64,000 nt of DNA from the human T2T-CHM13v2.0 reference genome, Homo sapiens (GCF_009914755.1 NC_060930.1); one strand, 5' to 3'. Shown: positions 48,460 through 63,718, counted from the first letter of the stretch. The notes: generated by a model not told the origin, from the letters alone. A program made the numbers and translations.

Positions 48460-49059
48460 TTTTGTGGTTTTTCACCAAGGTAAAATATATTGCTAGAAAG
48501 AGTTTAAGATTCCTATTCCAAAATCAGTGCTCTTTCTACTATACTACTGACTTCTACACAAAACTCCTTATTCAGATATAAAATTTTCTATCTGATCAAG
48601 TAAAATTATGCAGTTCACTTGACATTACTACTACATGTTACAACTTTAGAGATGTATAAAATTTGCAATAATCTAAAAAATTCTACGTGAAATGCTCTGT
48701 AGTGGCCCTGATAAGAAACTGGTTTTGTTTTATAGAATTGAAACCCTCAGATTGCGCTACATGCAGTTTTCATAAGATCTAGAAATGTATTCTAAAATGA
48801 ATACATTGCTTAATGAAATATAAGTGGACGAATGTCATGGAATTATCATAGTGCCTACTGAATATTCAGACTACATTTTCTGAGTCATTTTACTCGGTGG
48901 TAGTAGTAAATATTACATATTCCACTAACTTGATGTTATGCATGCTGCAAATCCTTTGATTCTGATTCTAGTCACTATGAAGGGAAGATTATTTCTAAAG
49001 TAAATTCCATAGGAATATTGCTATATTATATATTTTCATAAAGAAGATTCTGTCAATGA

Positions 49060-49285
49060 CAGCTACCATTTCTTAAACACCCATGTGCTGAACTGAGCCA
49101 GGTATATTACATATGTTATCACAAATCCTTCCCAACACTTCTAAGATGCAGGTCCAGATAAAGGAATCTGAGACTCAGAAACATGTAGTAATTTGTCCAG
49201 GTTAGTAACATACCTTGGATAAAGAATGGAACTGTGATTTTAATATGTAGGTCTATATGACCCCAAAGCCCATGCTCTGGTCATA
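49060..49285. mobile_element. MIR fragment
   Basis: cagataaaggaatctgagactcaga...aatttgtccaggt...ccaaagcccatgctct. Confidence 0.65.
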
Positions 49286-50814
49286 ATACCATACAATCTA
49301 AAGAGAGTATCAGAAAAAAGACAAGTATACTACAAACAGTTTGGTAAAAGATAAAAACTGTCATTCTATAATAAAGAAAATGATGCAGAGGGAAGAGATA
49401 GATTTGCTAAACAATGAGAATATGCATACTGTGTATGTTTCATTAGTTTGTAGGCTTTAAGTGGGAACACAGTGTTGTGACATAGCATGGTCTCATCTGT
49501 CTGGGAAGGTCATCCTTCCTTTCTATTCGTTCTAAGTAATAGAATAATAGTTATTCTATTGAGTAAGAAGCAACATGAAGGATCCACATGGGAGGACTAG
49601 GGTGAGGGTGAAAGTAGGGAGAGAGTTTGGTCTGTCAGAACAGGCTAAAAACCCTATAATCACTGGGGCAACAGGTTTCATGACCAGATTGCCCAAACGT
49701 TGTATGCAGATTAGAAACAAAACAAAACATGGACAACATTGAAATAAGTAACAGAAATCCACACAATGAAAATATGTCCTTGCCAAAATAATAAATTAAT
49801 ATTCTTCAAAGCACAAAAGCAATCCTGTTAATATTCTTTTCTATTGGTGCCTTTTAGGTACATTTACAACATGATAAACTAAATTGGATTTTATACAATT
49901 CTTAAGTAATACTCCTATTGTACCACACCAGGTATCCCATATAGTTAAATGAACACGCCTTGTTACTTTGCATACCCTCCTTTGCATAATGTTCTTTAGA
50001 GGTAGAAAAACACACAGCCCAGATGGTACTTATTTTTCTGTAGCACAGTATTTTAATTTCTCAAGTCGCAGAACGAATATTTTGATTAACAAAAAAGCCT
50101 AAAATCAAATCCTCCCATTTTCTTTCAGAATTTAAGAGACAAGAAACATACTAATAAATACTGAATGATTTCTTCAACCATTTGATAGGTTGATAGGTTT
50201 CAATGAACAAAATTCTTCAAATTAGTATGAGTCTTAGGCTAAAACATGTTAAGATATTAACACTTGGCCTATGGTTATGATTGTTCTTTGAAAATCATAA
50301 ACCATGACAAAATACTCTTTCAATACAAAAAGTAAACTCAGTTTTTATCAATTATCTGTGAAAGAATGAACAAAGTGTGTGTGTGGGGGGGAAATCAATG
50401 TTCTATGTAAAAGGTTAAGTGGAACTTTGGAATTGACAGTGAAAGCCCACACAAAAGCTAGGATGAGTAATCTCTACAGCCTCCTTGACCCATTAAAAGG
50501 TGATGAGTTTGTGTGACAGCCAAGAATTATCTGCTCTCATGACATGGGACAAAAAAAGTTCGTTTTACATCTTATGAACTTACGAGTTCATTTCATTGGC
50601 ACAAATTAGAAATAAGACTATGAGATAACCTGGATTTCTTCAAGCATCAGGTAAAACAGAACGCAATTACTGTCAAACAGATTGGAATTATTAAGTTCTT
50701 TCCATTTACCAAACTGTTAACTAAAACAATTTTTATAGTAGACCAGGTCTACCTTAAGACACTAATTATTTTCTTGAAGTACGTTCTTATCAATCCAGGG
50801 GGCTCATTCACGTT

Positions 50815-51400
50815 TTATTAGTTAAGATTATTTCTGGCTACATATATAAGCCAAAATTATAGTTGCTTAGGCAAGATCAAAGTTTATTTTTCCTCACATA
50901 AATGAATTCTGGAGATAGGTATTCAGGCTTTACACAAACACTGACTGAAGTCTCCAGGGCCTCAATCTCCTCCAGTATCTGCTCTGACATTTTGTGATTC
51001 AGAATGTCTTGGCTTCTAAAGCTCCAGCCTTGAATCTGCATAAAATAGACAAATGCAGAAAGGGTAGGGAGTGTACCCTTTCTCTAAAAAAAAAAAAAAG
51101 AAAAAATGACAGTAAGTCCTCACTTCATCTCATTGATAAGTTCTCGGAAACTGAAAATTTATGTGAAACAACATATAACAAAATCATTTTTTTCTTTGTC
51201 CCTCATCAATGTTATAACAAAATGACAGTGAAGGAAAGGAAGTTGAGGGCCTGCTGTACAATGATGTTACGTGAGGGCTTATTGTACTAAGGATTCCCAT
51301 AGAATGCTTACATTTCATTGGCCACAACTCAGTCGTGTGACCAAACGTGGCTGAGGGTAAGAGAAATGCAGATTTTCTTTCTTTCTTCTTGTTTGGTCTA
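50815..51400 (-). mobile_element. Old MLT1 (J/K/L-type) LTR remnant with a Tigger-family MITE (MER6-like, about 51110-51285) inside
   Basis: tcattggccacaactcagtc is an MLT1 motif. TIR-like cagtaagtcctcac ... gtgagggcttattg|ta marks the MITE. Confidence 0.55.
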
Positions 51401-52638
51401 GATGTTAAAATACCCAGCTACAAATCAGTTTTGTTACAAAGGAAGGAGAACATGGATACTGAGTGGCAAGTAGTTGTGTCTACATGGTGGTATATGACTG
51501 AGGTTAAAAATTCATTACATCTATGTGACCCATCATAATCATTTCCAGAACTGATTTTTAGCAGTCATAGGAACCTCTAATAAGTTTAAGAATGAGGATT
51601 CTCTTCCTTCACATCACTTACAAACATTTTTTTAAATGCAATTTATGTAGCTTTAAACTTCACTAGAGTACTTTCAGAGGATAAGGAGAAGGCAAAGTTA
51701 AGTCAAATAACCATGTCTAATAACTGTCCTAATTCCAAAAAGATTAAGAAGCGCACGTCTGAAGAAGTAGATTTAGTGGCATTTAATCTATTCATACCTT
51801 AGAGTTAGCATAACAACTCCTCAAGGAAGGCAAGTGACAGGAAAAGGGGTTTGACAAATGATTCACTCCAATGCCTACTTAAATGCTTTGCCGTTTTGCG
51901 TAAATGCCAGCTGGTGGGATGGATCACTGCTACTGACATGTTCTACTCTAACTCTTTACTGGAAGCCCAGCTATAGCTGCTATCCATCTCAAACTTCATC
52001 TTAGGGAGAAATACACTACAGGATATGAGGGGTAAAGTGATTCCAAGAACAAGGAACTTGAAAGTAACAGAGAATATTTGCAGAGCTGGGTATAAATAAA
52101 TGAAGGATGGATTTTAATGAAGAAGTCATATACCTGGAAAATATTGCTTCACTTGTTAACAAAAAGCATGAAATTACATTTTTGTCGTTTTATTTTGATG
52201 AGAGAGATATGAATAAAGCAAATGACATTTAAGATATATTTGAAAAGGAATGGACTGGGTACATCATAGGGTAAATACAATTCCAACCCAATCCCAATAC
52301 ATTCTGTATATCAACAGTGCTTAAGTGTTGTAACTCAGTGGCAAATGAGTTTTAATCATAACCCAAATATTTTGAAATATTCTTCTATAATATTGAGAAA
52401 CATTTTATACCATTAGAAAAAGATTAGCGTGAGTGGTAATAGGAATGTTTACCTGGGAATCAGAAGATCTGGACTCTAGGTCTCAGTTTTACCTCTAACA
52501 CAAGATGGGACTCTCTAGGTTAAGTTGCTTCATCTCACTGTGACTGAGTTCTCTCTTCTTTAATATAGCTCTGAGATTCTGTGGTTCTACGTGTATTCTC
52601 TTATCTCAGGGAACTCCTGAAAGCCTTAGAAACATTTT

Positions 52639-52920
52639 GGCTGGGCATGGTAGCTCATGCCTGTAATCTCAGCACTTTGGGAGGTGAAACTCCATCTCTA
52701 CATGACATGAAAAAAAAAAAAAAAAGCAAAACTAGCTAGGGACCATGGTGCGTGCCTGTAGTCCCAGCTACTGGGGAGGCTAAAGTGGGAGGATCGCTTG
52801 AGCACAGGAGTTTGACACTGCAGTGAGCAATGATCTCACTATTGTGCTCCAGCCTGGTCAACAGAGTGAGATCCTGTGTCTAAAACAAAGCAAAGCAAAA
52901 CAAAAGAAAAGAAAAAGAAA
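52639..52920 (+). mobile_element. AluJ with left-arm internal deletion
   Basis: ctttgggagg|tgaaactccatctc junction. Confidence 0.85.
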
Positions 52921-52967
52921 TTTAAAAAGCAAAGAAATATTTCATAGTTCTAAGATTTAAGAGATAA

Positions 52968-53355
<388 letters not shown>

Positions 53356-55894
53356 GATTCTTTATATAGAAGAAATGTCACTGGAAGAAGCCATAAGGGT
53401 CCTAACTTCTGGTAAACATCCAGATACTTCAAAACTATGAGTGTGTTAGAATCACTTCACTTGTATCAAAGATACAGCTATGTACTCTCCTGTATCAACT
53501 TTGTATTAGTCTCCTATCTCTCTATCTTGCACAGAAGAATTTTTTGCTGATTTAGAGAATGAAGAGGCCTTGTGATAGTGATAATGAAAGACAGACTATG
53601 GCATTCGTAAGAATCTGTACTTTCATAACAGAGAATGGAAAAATAATTCAGGTACTTCTTAAAGTCAAGAAAATAAAAGGATAGGAAAAACACCACTACT
53701 CTGGCTTCAAATAGTTCCTCCTAGAGATGCTCGTATAGTGAATTAGGTCCAACACAAGAAATCTAAGAAGATGTTCTAAAGAACTTTGCAAAAGGTACCA
53801 ATCACCATGGGATTCACATAGAGGCTAAATATTAAATCTGTCTTTTTAAGATAAAATATATGTTGAAAGCTATTATCAATAGTTGTTTTTGAGAGAAGTA
53901 TATCTAAGAGATTATGGTATTCAAATGTATGTCAATGCTCTTTGAAAATAAGTGTAAAAAATTCTAAATGGATGTTTGAGTCACATAAGCATAGATGAGC
54001 AGAAGCAAATGTAAACTCCCAAATCAAATAATGTCAGTTATTTGTAGATCACCATAGCCTCACACTTTTCCACTATATTAGTCTATACAGGGTGACTTGT
54101 TAGGTAAAAGTGGACATTCTAGATTACAAGAAAGTCTTTGGTTTTCTGATAATAAGGAGATAAAGTGAGCCTTCAAAAATTTACATTAAATTTATTGGAC
54201 ACATTTTAAGAAAGTGAAAGTTCATTTTCTAATAGCTAATGAAGGCAGTGTGTACCTTCAGTAGGCAAGGAATGTGAACATACCTTTACATATTCTTTGA
54301 GAAAAGCATATCCTATCCCATTAACTGAAGAAAGAAAGAAAGAAAAAAAATCCCCTACCATGTCCCTATTAAAAAGAAATCAGGCTTGGTATGCTTATGA
54401 CACTTCAAAGAGCATATTATGTGGGAAAACAAAATAAACATTTAACCTGGCAAATGAAAATGGACTTGGGGTTTTGACATACTTGGCAGACAGGTAGAAT
54501 TAAATTCAAGTAAAGAATGCAGAGAAACTAATATAGTATTTAAATATTTGCTTAAGTAATATAGTATTTAAAATAACATTCAAAGAACCGTTTTTATTGA
54601 AATGTTTTACAGGTTTAGTGAGGATGTTTTTTAACTGAAAGAGCTTGACTGGAAGTACACTTTACTTTCTCTCTGTCATTCTGTGAACTTTAGTGAGGTT
54701 TTCTATTTACTTTTTCATTAGGCATTTTCCTGTAAGTCTAAGATAACTGTACAGTATGCTCTGTAGCTTTTTAAAGAAAATTTAGATGACAAAAGTCATT
54801 TTTGAAATAAAATACCGACAGTCTCAAGATCAACCTAGCATATATATGGCATATTATGAATATAAATGTTGAGTGGATGAATGAATAGAGGGTCTAATCT
54901 AGTAAGGAGCTAAGGCACTGTCTGCCTCCTCTTGCCTCCATCTCCGCAAGGTTGCCTAGAAGCCTCTATGTGAGAGAGGTGTAACAGGATCCTGCCTTCT
55001 AGCGATGGTGCCAAGTCCAGGCCTGGACACTAGACACAGCTGAATCAAACAGAGGCCATTTCCTGAGACTTAAGATTGGTAATCCAGTGAGCTGGGCCTG
55101 CCTCTCTCAAGGTGATGAAGCTAACTTGGGAACTACTGGTGGCATGTAACCCTCTAAGTATAAAGCATAGCTCAACAAGGAGAGAAAAATTAAGCCTATG
55201 TAGAGAGAAGTGGAGATCAGAAATAGTGAATAAAATTTTTATTTTATTGGTGTCTGAGTTGTAGTTCTTGAGGCCCAGTTGTATACCCATCTGTAGGTTG
55301 CTTAGAAGATACACATCCTTATAAAATGAGAAATTTGTCTATGTAGTTAACTATTTTTCCAAACAACATGTCAAATAGAGTATAAGTGAATATATATTTA
55401 GCATCTTTGCGATCCCCAGTCTCTACATGAATCCATGATCTCTGTATAGTCTGTCACCAATTGCAGGAAGAACAGTAGCAACTCCCAATGAAATAAAACT
55501 CCCATCGCAACTTTGCTTCAGCATCCTGACAAAACTGACCTCTTTCCTATATGTAACTAACTTTTATTACTAGTAGCACACTTAATTAATATACATGTTT
55601 TAATTACCATAAGGACATTAACCATCAGGGCATTGCCAGAAACATAAACATAAATTACATAAAGGCCAAAAGATCAACACAAAGTCCTTTACATAGTAGG
55701 AAATATTATCTTCCTAAATAGCCCATAATAAATCAGGTAGAGGTGCCAAATTTTGCTCAGTATTCATCTGTAATACTAGTTTTCTGTTCCCAGAGAAAAC
55801 AAGGTTGATGAAAGAGTTTTGGGGGATGACGGACAGTTTTGTGTCATTGAAAATTTGTGATCACAAAAAAGTCACATTCAAAACTAAAATATAG

Positions 55895-56252
55895 GCTGGG
55901 TATGGCAGCTCATGCCTGTAATCCTCGTGTTCTGGGAGGCTGTGATGGAAAGACTGCTTGAGGCCAGGAGTTCAGAACCAGCCTGGTTAACAAAGCAAGA
56001 CCTCATCTCTACCAAATAAATAAATAAATAAATAAATAAATGAATAAATAAATAAAATAAAATAAAATAAAATAAAATAAATAAATAAAATAGCCAGGCA
56101 TGGTGGCACGCATCTGTAGTCCCAGCTACTTAGGAGTCTGAGGTAAGAGGATCGCTTGAGCTCAGTTCAAGGATGCAGTGTGCTACGATGGCACCACTGC
56201 ACTCCAGCTTGGGTGACACAGTGAGACTCTTTATCCAAAAAGTTAAAAATAA
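55895..56252 (+). mobile_element. AluJ with expanded (AAAT/AAAAT)n linker
   Basis: Microsatellite at about 56014-56090 between the arms. Confidence 0.88.
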
Positions 56253-57099
56253 AAGAAGATATAGAATCTCCCAATTCATAAATACGTTGTATCCTAAAAG
56301 TCTGTTTAGGGTACAACATCCTAAACAAATCCATCTTCCCATAGAAACACTGTCCTAAATGGTGGTTAGGTTCCCAAGTAATCTACAAAAACCTCTTTAA
56401 CCCATATGCACCTGGACATACTCAGTTTATGCAGGAATCAGAAGGGACATATTTAAGAAAATTTTGTCCTCTTTCTACAAGTACCAGTATTACGCAAAAT
56501 TCTGAAAGCATAAAGTTGGTCTTTGACATATTTTCACTTTATTTCTGAAATCTTCTCAACTTCTTAGCATCTCTCTCTAGAATTTTCTCCTTCCAACAAG
56601 TACAGCACCTCACTTAATATTCCCTACTCTTTAAGGTTCAAAACTACTTTACCTCTACTCTTTGCCAAACAAAATTCTTTAAAGTCCCTCTTAGCTAATG
56701 ATCAAGAGGTAAGCAATCTGATTCACACTAATATGTAAATAACGGAGTGTCCTTGGCCCTTCATGTGTTTTTAAAATTTTTGAAAGAAGATAAAGTAATC
56801 TCTTATCAACTATGGTTTTATAAATTGTGGACTTAAGATAATGAGGGTTCACGTTTGTAAACCAAGTATGATAAGTCCATTATCTTTTAATATGTGATTC
56901 TGTTCAGAAATTGACATGGCCAAGCAAAAGTAAAATATCTTTATCAGCCTTAAAATTAGGGAGCCTAGCAACTATACATAACAAAACTCGAGAAGTTTCT
57001 TCCAGATAAAGACCAGAATGGAAGAAATATAAAACTTTCCCAATACTTTCCTTTTCCAGATAGTGCATGCACAGAGGAGATTGCTTTCCTGGTACTTTT

Positions 57100-57290
57100 C
57101 ACTTTGTAACTGTGACCCTAGACAAGTTACCTAATCTCTGTGCTTCAGTGTCCCCAACTATAAAGTGAACAGGGTAACAGAAACTATCCCATGGGTAGAC
57201 TGTGAAGAAAGGAATACATCAGATAATACATATATTAGGGTTTAGAACAGTATCTGGCATGCAGTAAGTGCAATGAATGACTCTGGTACT
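57100..57290. mobile_element. MIR
   Basis: tgtgaccctagacaagttacctaatctctgtgcttcagt...tagaacagtatctggcatgcagtaagtgc. Confidence 0.75.
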
Positions 57291-57559
57291 ACTACTACTA
57301 ATACTATTGAGGACACTACAATTTATTGCACTTGGTAGAGGGAAATGTCTTGGCTATGGTCAATTAAAATTATACCATCAGTAGTCGAAATCTTTACAAT
57401 ACTTTGAGTTGAGATGCAGAATGAATGTCAAAATCCTTTATCCTACCCAAAGGTTCACTGGTTCGCTCTAAGCAAAGTAATTAAAGTAATTAAAGGTGGT
57501 TATTATGAAATTTCTGAACAGAATCACATACTAAAGATATTTTCATTATTTGTTTATAT

Positions 57560-58560
57560 AAAATATATTTATTGAGCATCTACTATTATTACACTCTGTT
57601 CAGGGTACCGGAGATACTGCAGTGAACATAATAGATGAAGCTCTTGTCTCCTGGAGCTTTCTCCTCAAGTAGAGGAAGACAGAAAAAAAAACAACATATA
57701 AAAGATCACGGATGATAAGTGCCATGAATAATATAGTAGAGTAAGGATTTAGAAAAGGATTGATATATGGGAAGTACACTGTTCCTTTTGTCAGTCTGCT
57801 GGGGCTGCCATAACAAAATACCATAGAATAGGTGGCTTAAACAACAGAAATATATTTCTCCCGGTTCTGAAGGCTAGAGGTTCAACATCAGGGTGCCAGC
57901 ACACTCTGGTTCTGGTGAGGGCTCTCTTCCTGGCTTACAGATAGCTGCCTTCTCCCTATGTCCTCACATGGCAGAGATCTCTAGAGGTTCTTCCTGTTCT
58001 TACAAAACACTAATCCCATCATGAAACTCTACTCTCATGACTTAGTCTAAACCTAATTAACTCCCAAAGGTCCCATCTCCAAATACCATCACACTGGGCA
58101 TTGGGAGTCAGGGCTTCAACATATAAATTGGGCGGGGGGTGGGTGGGAAGAGGGCAATTCAGTCCATAGCCCCTTTTTATGGGATGGTCAGAGAAAATCT
58201 CTCTGAAAATATGATATGTGAGTAGAGATCTGAGGAAAATGAGAGAGCTAGAAAACAGCACATGCAAAATTCTGGAAGTGGCAGTGTGCTGGTTCAGTTC
58301 AGGGCCACTGAGAGCTGATATCCAGAGAAAGATGGAGATGGAGAATTGACCAATGTATTTGGCAACAATGGAGGTTAGTAGCAACCTTAACAAGAGTAAT
58401 TTCTTGTAGAGTGCTGAGGATGAAAGCATGATTCAAGTGGGTTCTAAAGAGAATGGAAGGAGAGGAAATGTAACCTCTTTTGAGAAGTTTTATGCTGAAT
58501 GAGAGCAGAAAAATATAGTTGAAAGCTTTTTTTGTTTGTTTAAGATGGGGGAAATTATAA
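57560..58560. mobile_element. L2 remnant interrupted by MLT1A
   Basis: aaatatttattgagcatctacta is the L2 3' terminus; purine-rich L2 body follows. Confidence 0.65.
57787..58170 (-). mobile_element. MLT1A-like solo LTR
   Basis: ggctgccataacaaaataccatag...ggtggcttaaacaacagaaat...ggtgagggctctcttcctggct...cagtccatagc. Confidence 0.85.
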
Positions 58561-60044
58561 CATTTTTCTGTGCTGATAAAAATTAACCAATAATGTATGT
58601 CGGTGCTCTGGTAGCGTGTGAAAGTACTCTTCTGATTACTTCTTTTTTCTCAGTGCAACAAGATGAAGTGAATCTGGAGAATGAGTGAACTAGGAATGAA
58701 GCTGGAAAAGGGAAGAAGTGCAAAAAGTCTGAAGAGAGGAAAAGGTTTAAATAATCATTAAGTACCACGGGAGAATGGGTACACTAGGGAATGTTCTAGG
58801 ATTGCTGGGCAGCGCCAAGGTTATTTGAGATTCTTAGTGAAGTAAGAAAGTAAGATTAGTCTGCTTATTTTTCTCCAGTTGTGTTCTGCTACTGAGGAAT
58901 AGACATAATATAGCTATGAAATGGGCAAAGAGTGAGATCTAACCAGGATTGGGGTTTTACTAGGGCAGGCATTGGTGCAGTGTGAGTTTTCAAATTTTTA
59001 CTGAAGAGGGTCTGTGGTCAAAAAAAATTTCGGAGACTAAGGATGAAAAAGCACTAAGTACTACTAATACTGATGATCTAGAAGATACTTGAAAATCTTC
59101 CTAACCTGTCCATGGAACAGTTGTAAAAAGCCACTACATATCAATGTCACCAAGAAAATTCTAATAAATTCCTTATGCTAATATATCTAACAATCTAACT
59201 ACTATGCAACAAAACAACTAAAATACCTAATAAAGGAAGAAACATATAAAACACCCAGCCATTTGGAAAATATATATCTATATATTTTAAATATTATAAG
59301 TAAATTAGGCCAAAGGGCAATTCAAAAGGGAAATTACAGACTATGTATGAAAGGCTTAAATAAAAAAAAAAAAAAAAAAAAATTTATGGGCTACACCAAA
59401 AGCAATATTAAGATGAAAGTTTACAACACTAATATTTCTATTGTTAAATAAAAATTTTCCTATTTTTAAAAAAAAGACTACATTTGATTTTAAAACATAT
59501 TTGTAAAATTATTTCCCTAGGAGAGTACCTAGAAATGCAATTTCTGCATCAAATAACATATAATGGTTTTTAACATGTATTTGATAGATATTGCCACATG
59601 TATTTCCAGAAAGCTGTATCAATATATGCTTCCACTAATATGAGATTGTCTATTTCTCCACACCCAAGCAAACACTGGATAATTCTTGGTACAAATTAAA
59701 CAAATTACATTTTCTAGCTTAAATAAAGTGTGGCTTCTTTTCTTCCTGGTTTTGATTTGGTTTCTGGGGTGGGGAGATTCAATATTATTAGAATTTATTA
59801 CGAATGAATTGTAAATTTTCTTATAGATGTCTCATGCCTCAGAGATCCCACAATTCTTTGAATAACACACATTTGGCCTATAGTTGTATGTGAAAGTACC
59901 CAAGTCCCACACAAGTGGATGGAATGATTTATAATAACATGAGACATTAAAAGAATATTTAAAAATATCTGATGAGTTTGAGATGACTGATATCCCAAGG
60001 AAATAAAATCCAGGCCACCAAAATAATCCATCACCCTTTGGTTA

Positions 60045-61353
60045 CACTGCATGTATAAGTGAGATCATGTAGTATTTTTCTTTCTGTGTCTGGCTTACTG
60101 CACTTAGCATAATATACTCTAGGTTCATTCATGTAGTCACAAATGGCACAATATCCACTTTTTTGAAGGCTGAGTAATATTTTATTATATATGTGTGTAT
60201 ATCTATTTCACAATTTCTTTATCCATTCACCTGCTGACAGGTCAGGTAGGCTGTTTCCACATCTTGGCTATCTTGGCTATTGTGAATTATGCTGCAATGA
60301 ACATGGGAATGCAGGCATCTCTTTGAGGTATCAAGATCATTTCTTTTGGATATATACCCAGAAGCAGCATTGCTGGATCATCTGATAGTCTACTTTTAAC
60401 TTTTTGAGGAACTTCCATGCTGTTTTCCGTAATGACTGTACCAAACTTCCTTTCCCACAAATAACGTACAAAGGTTCCTATTCCTCCACGCCCTAACACT
60501 TACCTCTTGTCTTTTTAATAAAGGCCATCCTAATAGGTGTGAGGTGATACATCTCACTGCAGCTTTGATTTGCATTTCCCTGATGATTAGTACTGTTAAG
60601 CATCTTTTCATATACTTGTTAGCCATTTTTATGTCTTCTTTGGAAAAATGTCTCGTCAGGTCCTTTGTTCCTTTTTTTAATTGGGTTGTTATTTTGCTAT
60701 TGAGTTGTGTGAGTTCCTTATATATTTTGGGTATTAACTCCTTATCAGATGTATGATTTGCAAATATTTCTCCCAACCCACAGGTTTCCTTTTCATATTG
60801 TTGACTTTTTCCTTTGCCATGCAGAAGCTTTTTAGAGTGATATAGTCCAAATTGTTTATTTTTGTTTTTGCTTCATGAGCTTTTGGTGTGATATCCAAAA
60901 AATCTTACCAAGGCCAACGTCAAGGAGCTTTGCCCTATGTTTTCTCCTAGGAGTTTTACACTTTTATGTTTATCTTCAATCCATCTGAGTTAATTACGGT
61001 GAGAGATAAGGATTCAATTTCATTTTTTTTTTCGCATGTGGATATTCACTTTTACCAACACCATTTATTGAAGAGACTATCCTTTCCCCATTGTGCATTC
61101 TTGACACCTTTGTCGAAGATTAGTTGACCACATGCGTGTAGGTTTATTTCTGGGCTTTCTGTTCCATTGGTCTCTGTGTCTGTTTTTATGGCAAATCTCA
61201 TGTTAAAATGTGATTTCCAGTGTTGGAGGTGGGGCCTGGTAGGAGGTGATTGAATCATGGGGGCAGTAGGGTACTGTTTTGATTACTATAGCTTGGTAAC
61301 ATAATTGGAGATCAGGGTGTGATGCCTCCCACTTTGTTCTTTCTCAAGGTTGC
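60045..61353 (-). mobile_element. L1MA/MB 3' ORF2 fragment
   Basis: Track ORF 60396..60776 ([19 protein letters not shown]...HFSKEDI) is the L1 ORF2 C-terminal region. Confidence 0.9.
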
Positions 61354-61468
61354 TGATATGGTTTGGATATTCTTCCCCTCTAAATCATATGTTAAAATGT
61401 GATTCCCAGTGTTGGAAATGGGGCCTGGTTGGGGGTGATTGGATCATGGGGGCAAGCCCATCATGAAT
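61354..61468 (+). mobile_element. MST-type MaLR LTR 5' fragment
   Basis: Starts tgatatggtttggat...; truncated after about 115 bp. Confidence 0.8.
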
Positions 61469-62347
61469 AGACAACGGAACTTTACACAGAGCTACTCTCT
61501 AGGAACAAAGGCTTCACTTCTTCATCCATTCATCTCTCTCTTTTTCTTCCCCTACCTCATTTCTTTGTCTCTCCCTCACTTGAATAACTTCTACAGTTAC
61601 AGTAAAGGTATACGGTAGTATTCTTTGCAGATATTTGTGTATGTATTAAATTTTGGCAAAGTCTTATTTTAAATTACTTAAAAGAACAATGATTTAAAAT
61701 AAATTTATTATTTTAATAAACAAGTTATTTATTAAAAATAATTATTATACTTTTATGTAATACAAGTATTCTTGCAAAATGAAAACAATTACCCAGTGAT
61801 TTTGGATTTTTCTAAAGTTTGTTTTCCTAAAGGTGGCCACTTTTGTAATTTAACCTCTATATTTGAGAGCAGCTCAACGAATCCATTAGTCATGACTGTC
61901 TTCTACTATTTGAGGTGAGAATAATGAGGAAATAAAAGTCCTTTCTTCAAGGTAGGACATGTAAAAGTAAGATATAATAAATATTTTTAAAAAATGAGAT
62001 AAAATGCCCAAATTGTTAATACTTATTATTTATCTGAAAATTAAACACTCAAAAGTTTATTTCATGGCTATTAATTGTGAGAGTAAAAATTTTCGGAATT
62101 TCTATAGCAATGCAAAACACTGCCCTTTGTAACTGAATATTAAGTGCCATAGTGGTGACAGTAATAATCATATTAATCCCATGCTAAGGAATTAAGACTG
62201 CTCTCTAGAAAATGGAGAATCATGAAAAGGAGAAGCCTGGTAGGATCTGATCTGCCTTTTTGACTGATGCTATGAAAAGTTCCAAACGGATATGCTAATA
62301 CAATAGATTATACTAATCACTAAATATTTATGGCTTAATCCAAAATT

Positions 62348-62460
62348 CTTTTTATTTATTTATTTATTTATTTTTAGATGGAGTCTCCCTCTGTTGCCTA
62401 CGCTGGAGTACAGTGACACGACCTCAGCTCACTGCAACCTCCGCCTTGTGGGTTCAAGCG
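62348..62460 (-). mobile_element. 5'-truncated Alu
   Basis: TSD ttaatccaaaatt on both sides. Confidence 0.88.
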
Positions 62461-63718
62461 TTAATCCAAAATTATTAATTCTATATGAGGAACACAATGA
62501 TATAGAAAAAAATCGAATTACATTAAACAGCTTGATTTGCACATTTTCTATAAAGTAGTGGCAACAATAAGAATTAAACTAAAGGCAGCTCCTCAGCATG
62601 GATGCACATAAAGAAATGGGGGAAATTATCTATACCAAACAAATAATGATCTGTTAATTCCACTAAATAAACTGAAACATTAAAAAGACAAAAATCTTGC
62701 CAGAGAATACACTTGTTTTCATATTTAGAAACACTAACTTGGTGAGATTAAACCAATAAAGATAAATAAAGGCCAAACTATGTAACAACCATCTGCCCAC
62801 CTACTGTGGGGAATGTGGGTAAGGAGAAAGAATAGGGAAATATAATCCACAAAATATTCAAGGCAAAAATATTTTGGTTATTACAACAACCACAATTTGA
62901 GAACTATAAACATTAAATGTAAATTAGTGGCAAATCTTGTGGTGTTCTTAAATTCAATGATATTTTAAAATTCATCTTTGCCAAGGTGTTTTACAAACAA
63001 GCTAGAAGACTGATCTCTAAGAAAACCCTTGAAAAGTATTTTTTAAAAGAGAAGGATCTCATTTTAAAAAGAACAAACTGAAATTACTTGAGACAGAAAA
63101 TATTGAGTGATTCTATAAAAAACTTAATTGAACAGTATAATCACCATGTGGCAGTCAAATATCCGTTTAGGCAAGACTAAAAACAGCAGCCCGGTAAGGC
63201 CTGCATCATGCATCACCAACAGTGGACACGAGTGTTCACAGTGTGCAGTGCTGATGTCTATCTTTACCCAAATAAATGACTCTGTTTTACTTCCCTTGAT
63301 GTAGGAAAGGTGGAAATAAATAGCAATCATTATTCCAATGCTTTCCTACCAAATCCAGATAGAAAATATCATGTCCCCATAACAAAAGATACTTGTGAAT
63401 ATCAGATAATATATTCTGATCTGGATTAGGGAAAATAGGATTACTATGAGTATGGTTTCAATGCTGCCACCATGTATTTTGCTCCCCTGCAGACTAAAGA
63501 AAGGAATAGGGGGAAGAAAACTTTTAAATTTCATCCAAAAACTAACAGTAAAGAATCTAAATAGGTCCAAGGGTGGGGGACAAATGGGAATGGTACTAAT
63601 ATTGTTTTTAAAAAGATGGCAGTCATTTGATTAATCCTGCTATAAAATTTCTCTACAGCAAAGCAACAACTGTAAGAGATTATATATCCAGAAATGTTAG
63701 AGAATGATTAAAAAACAG

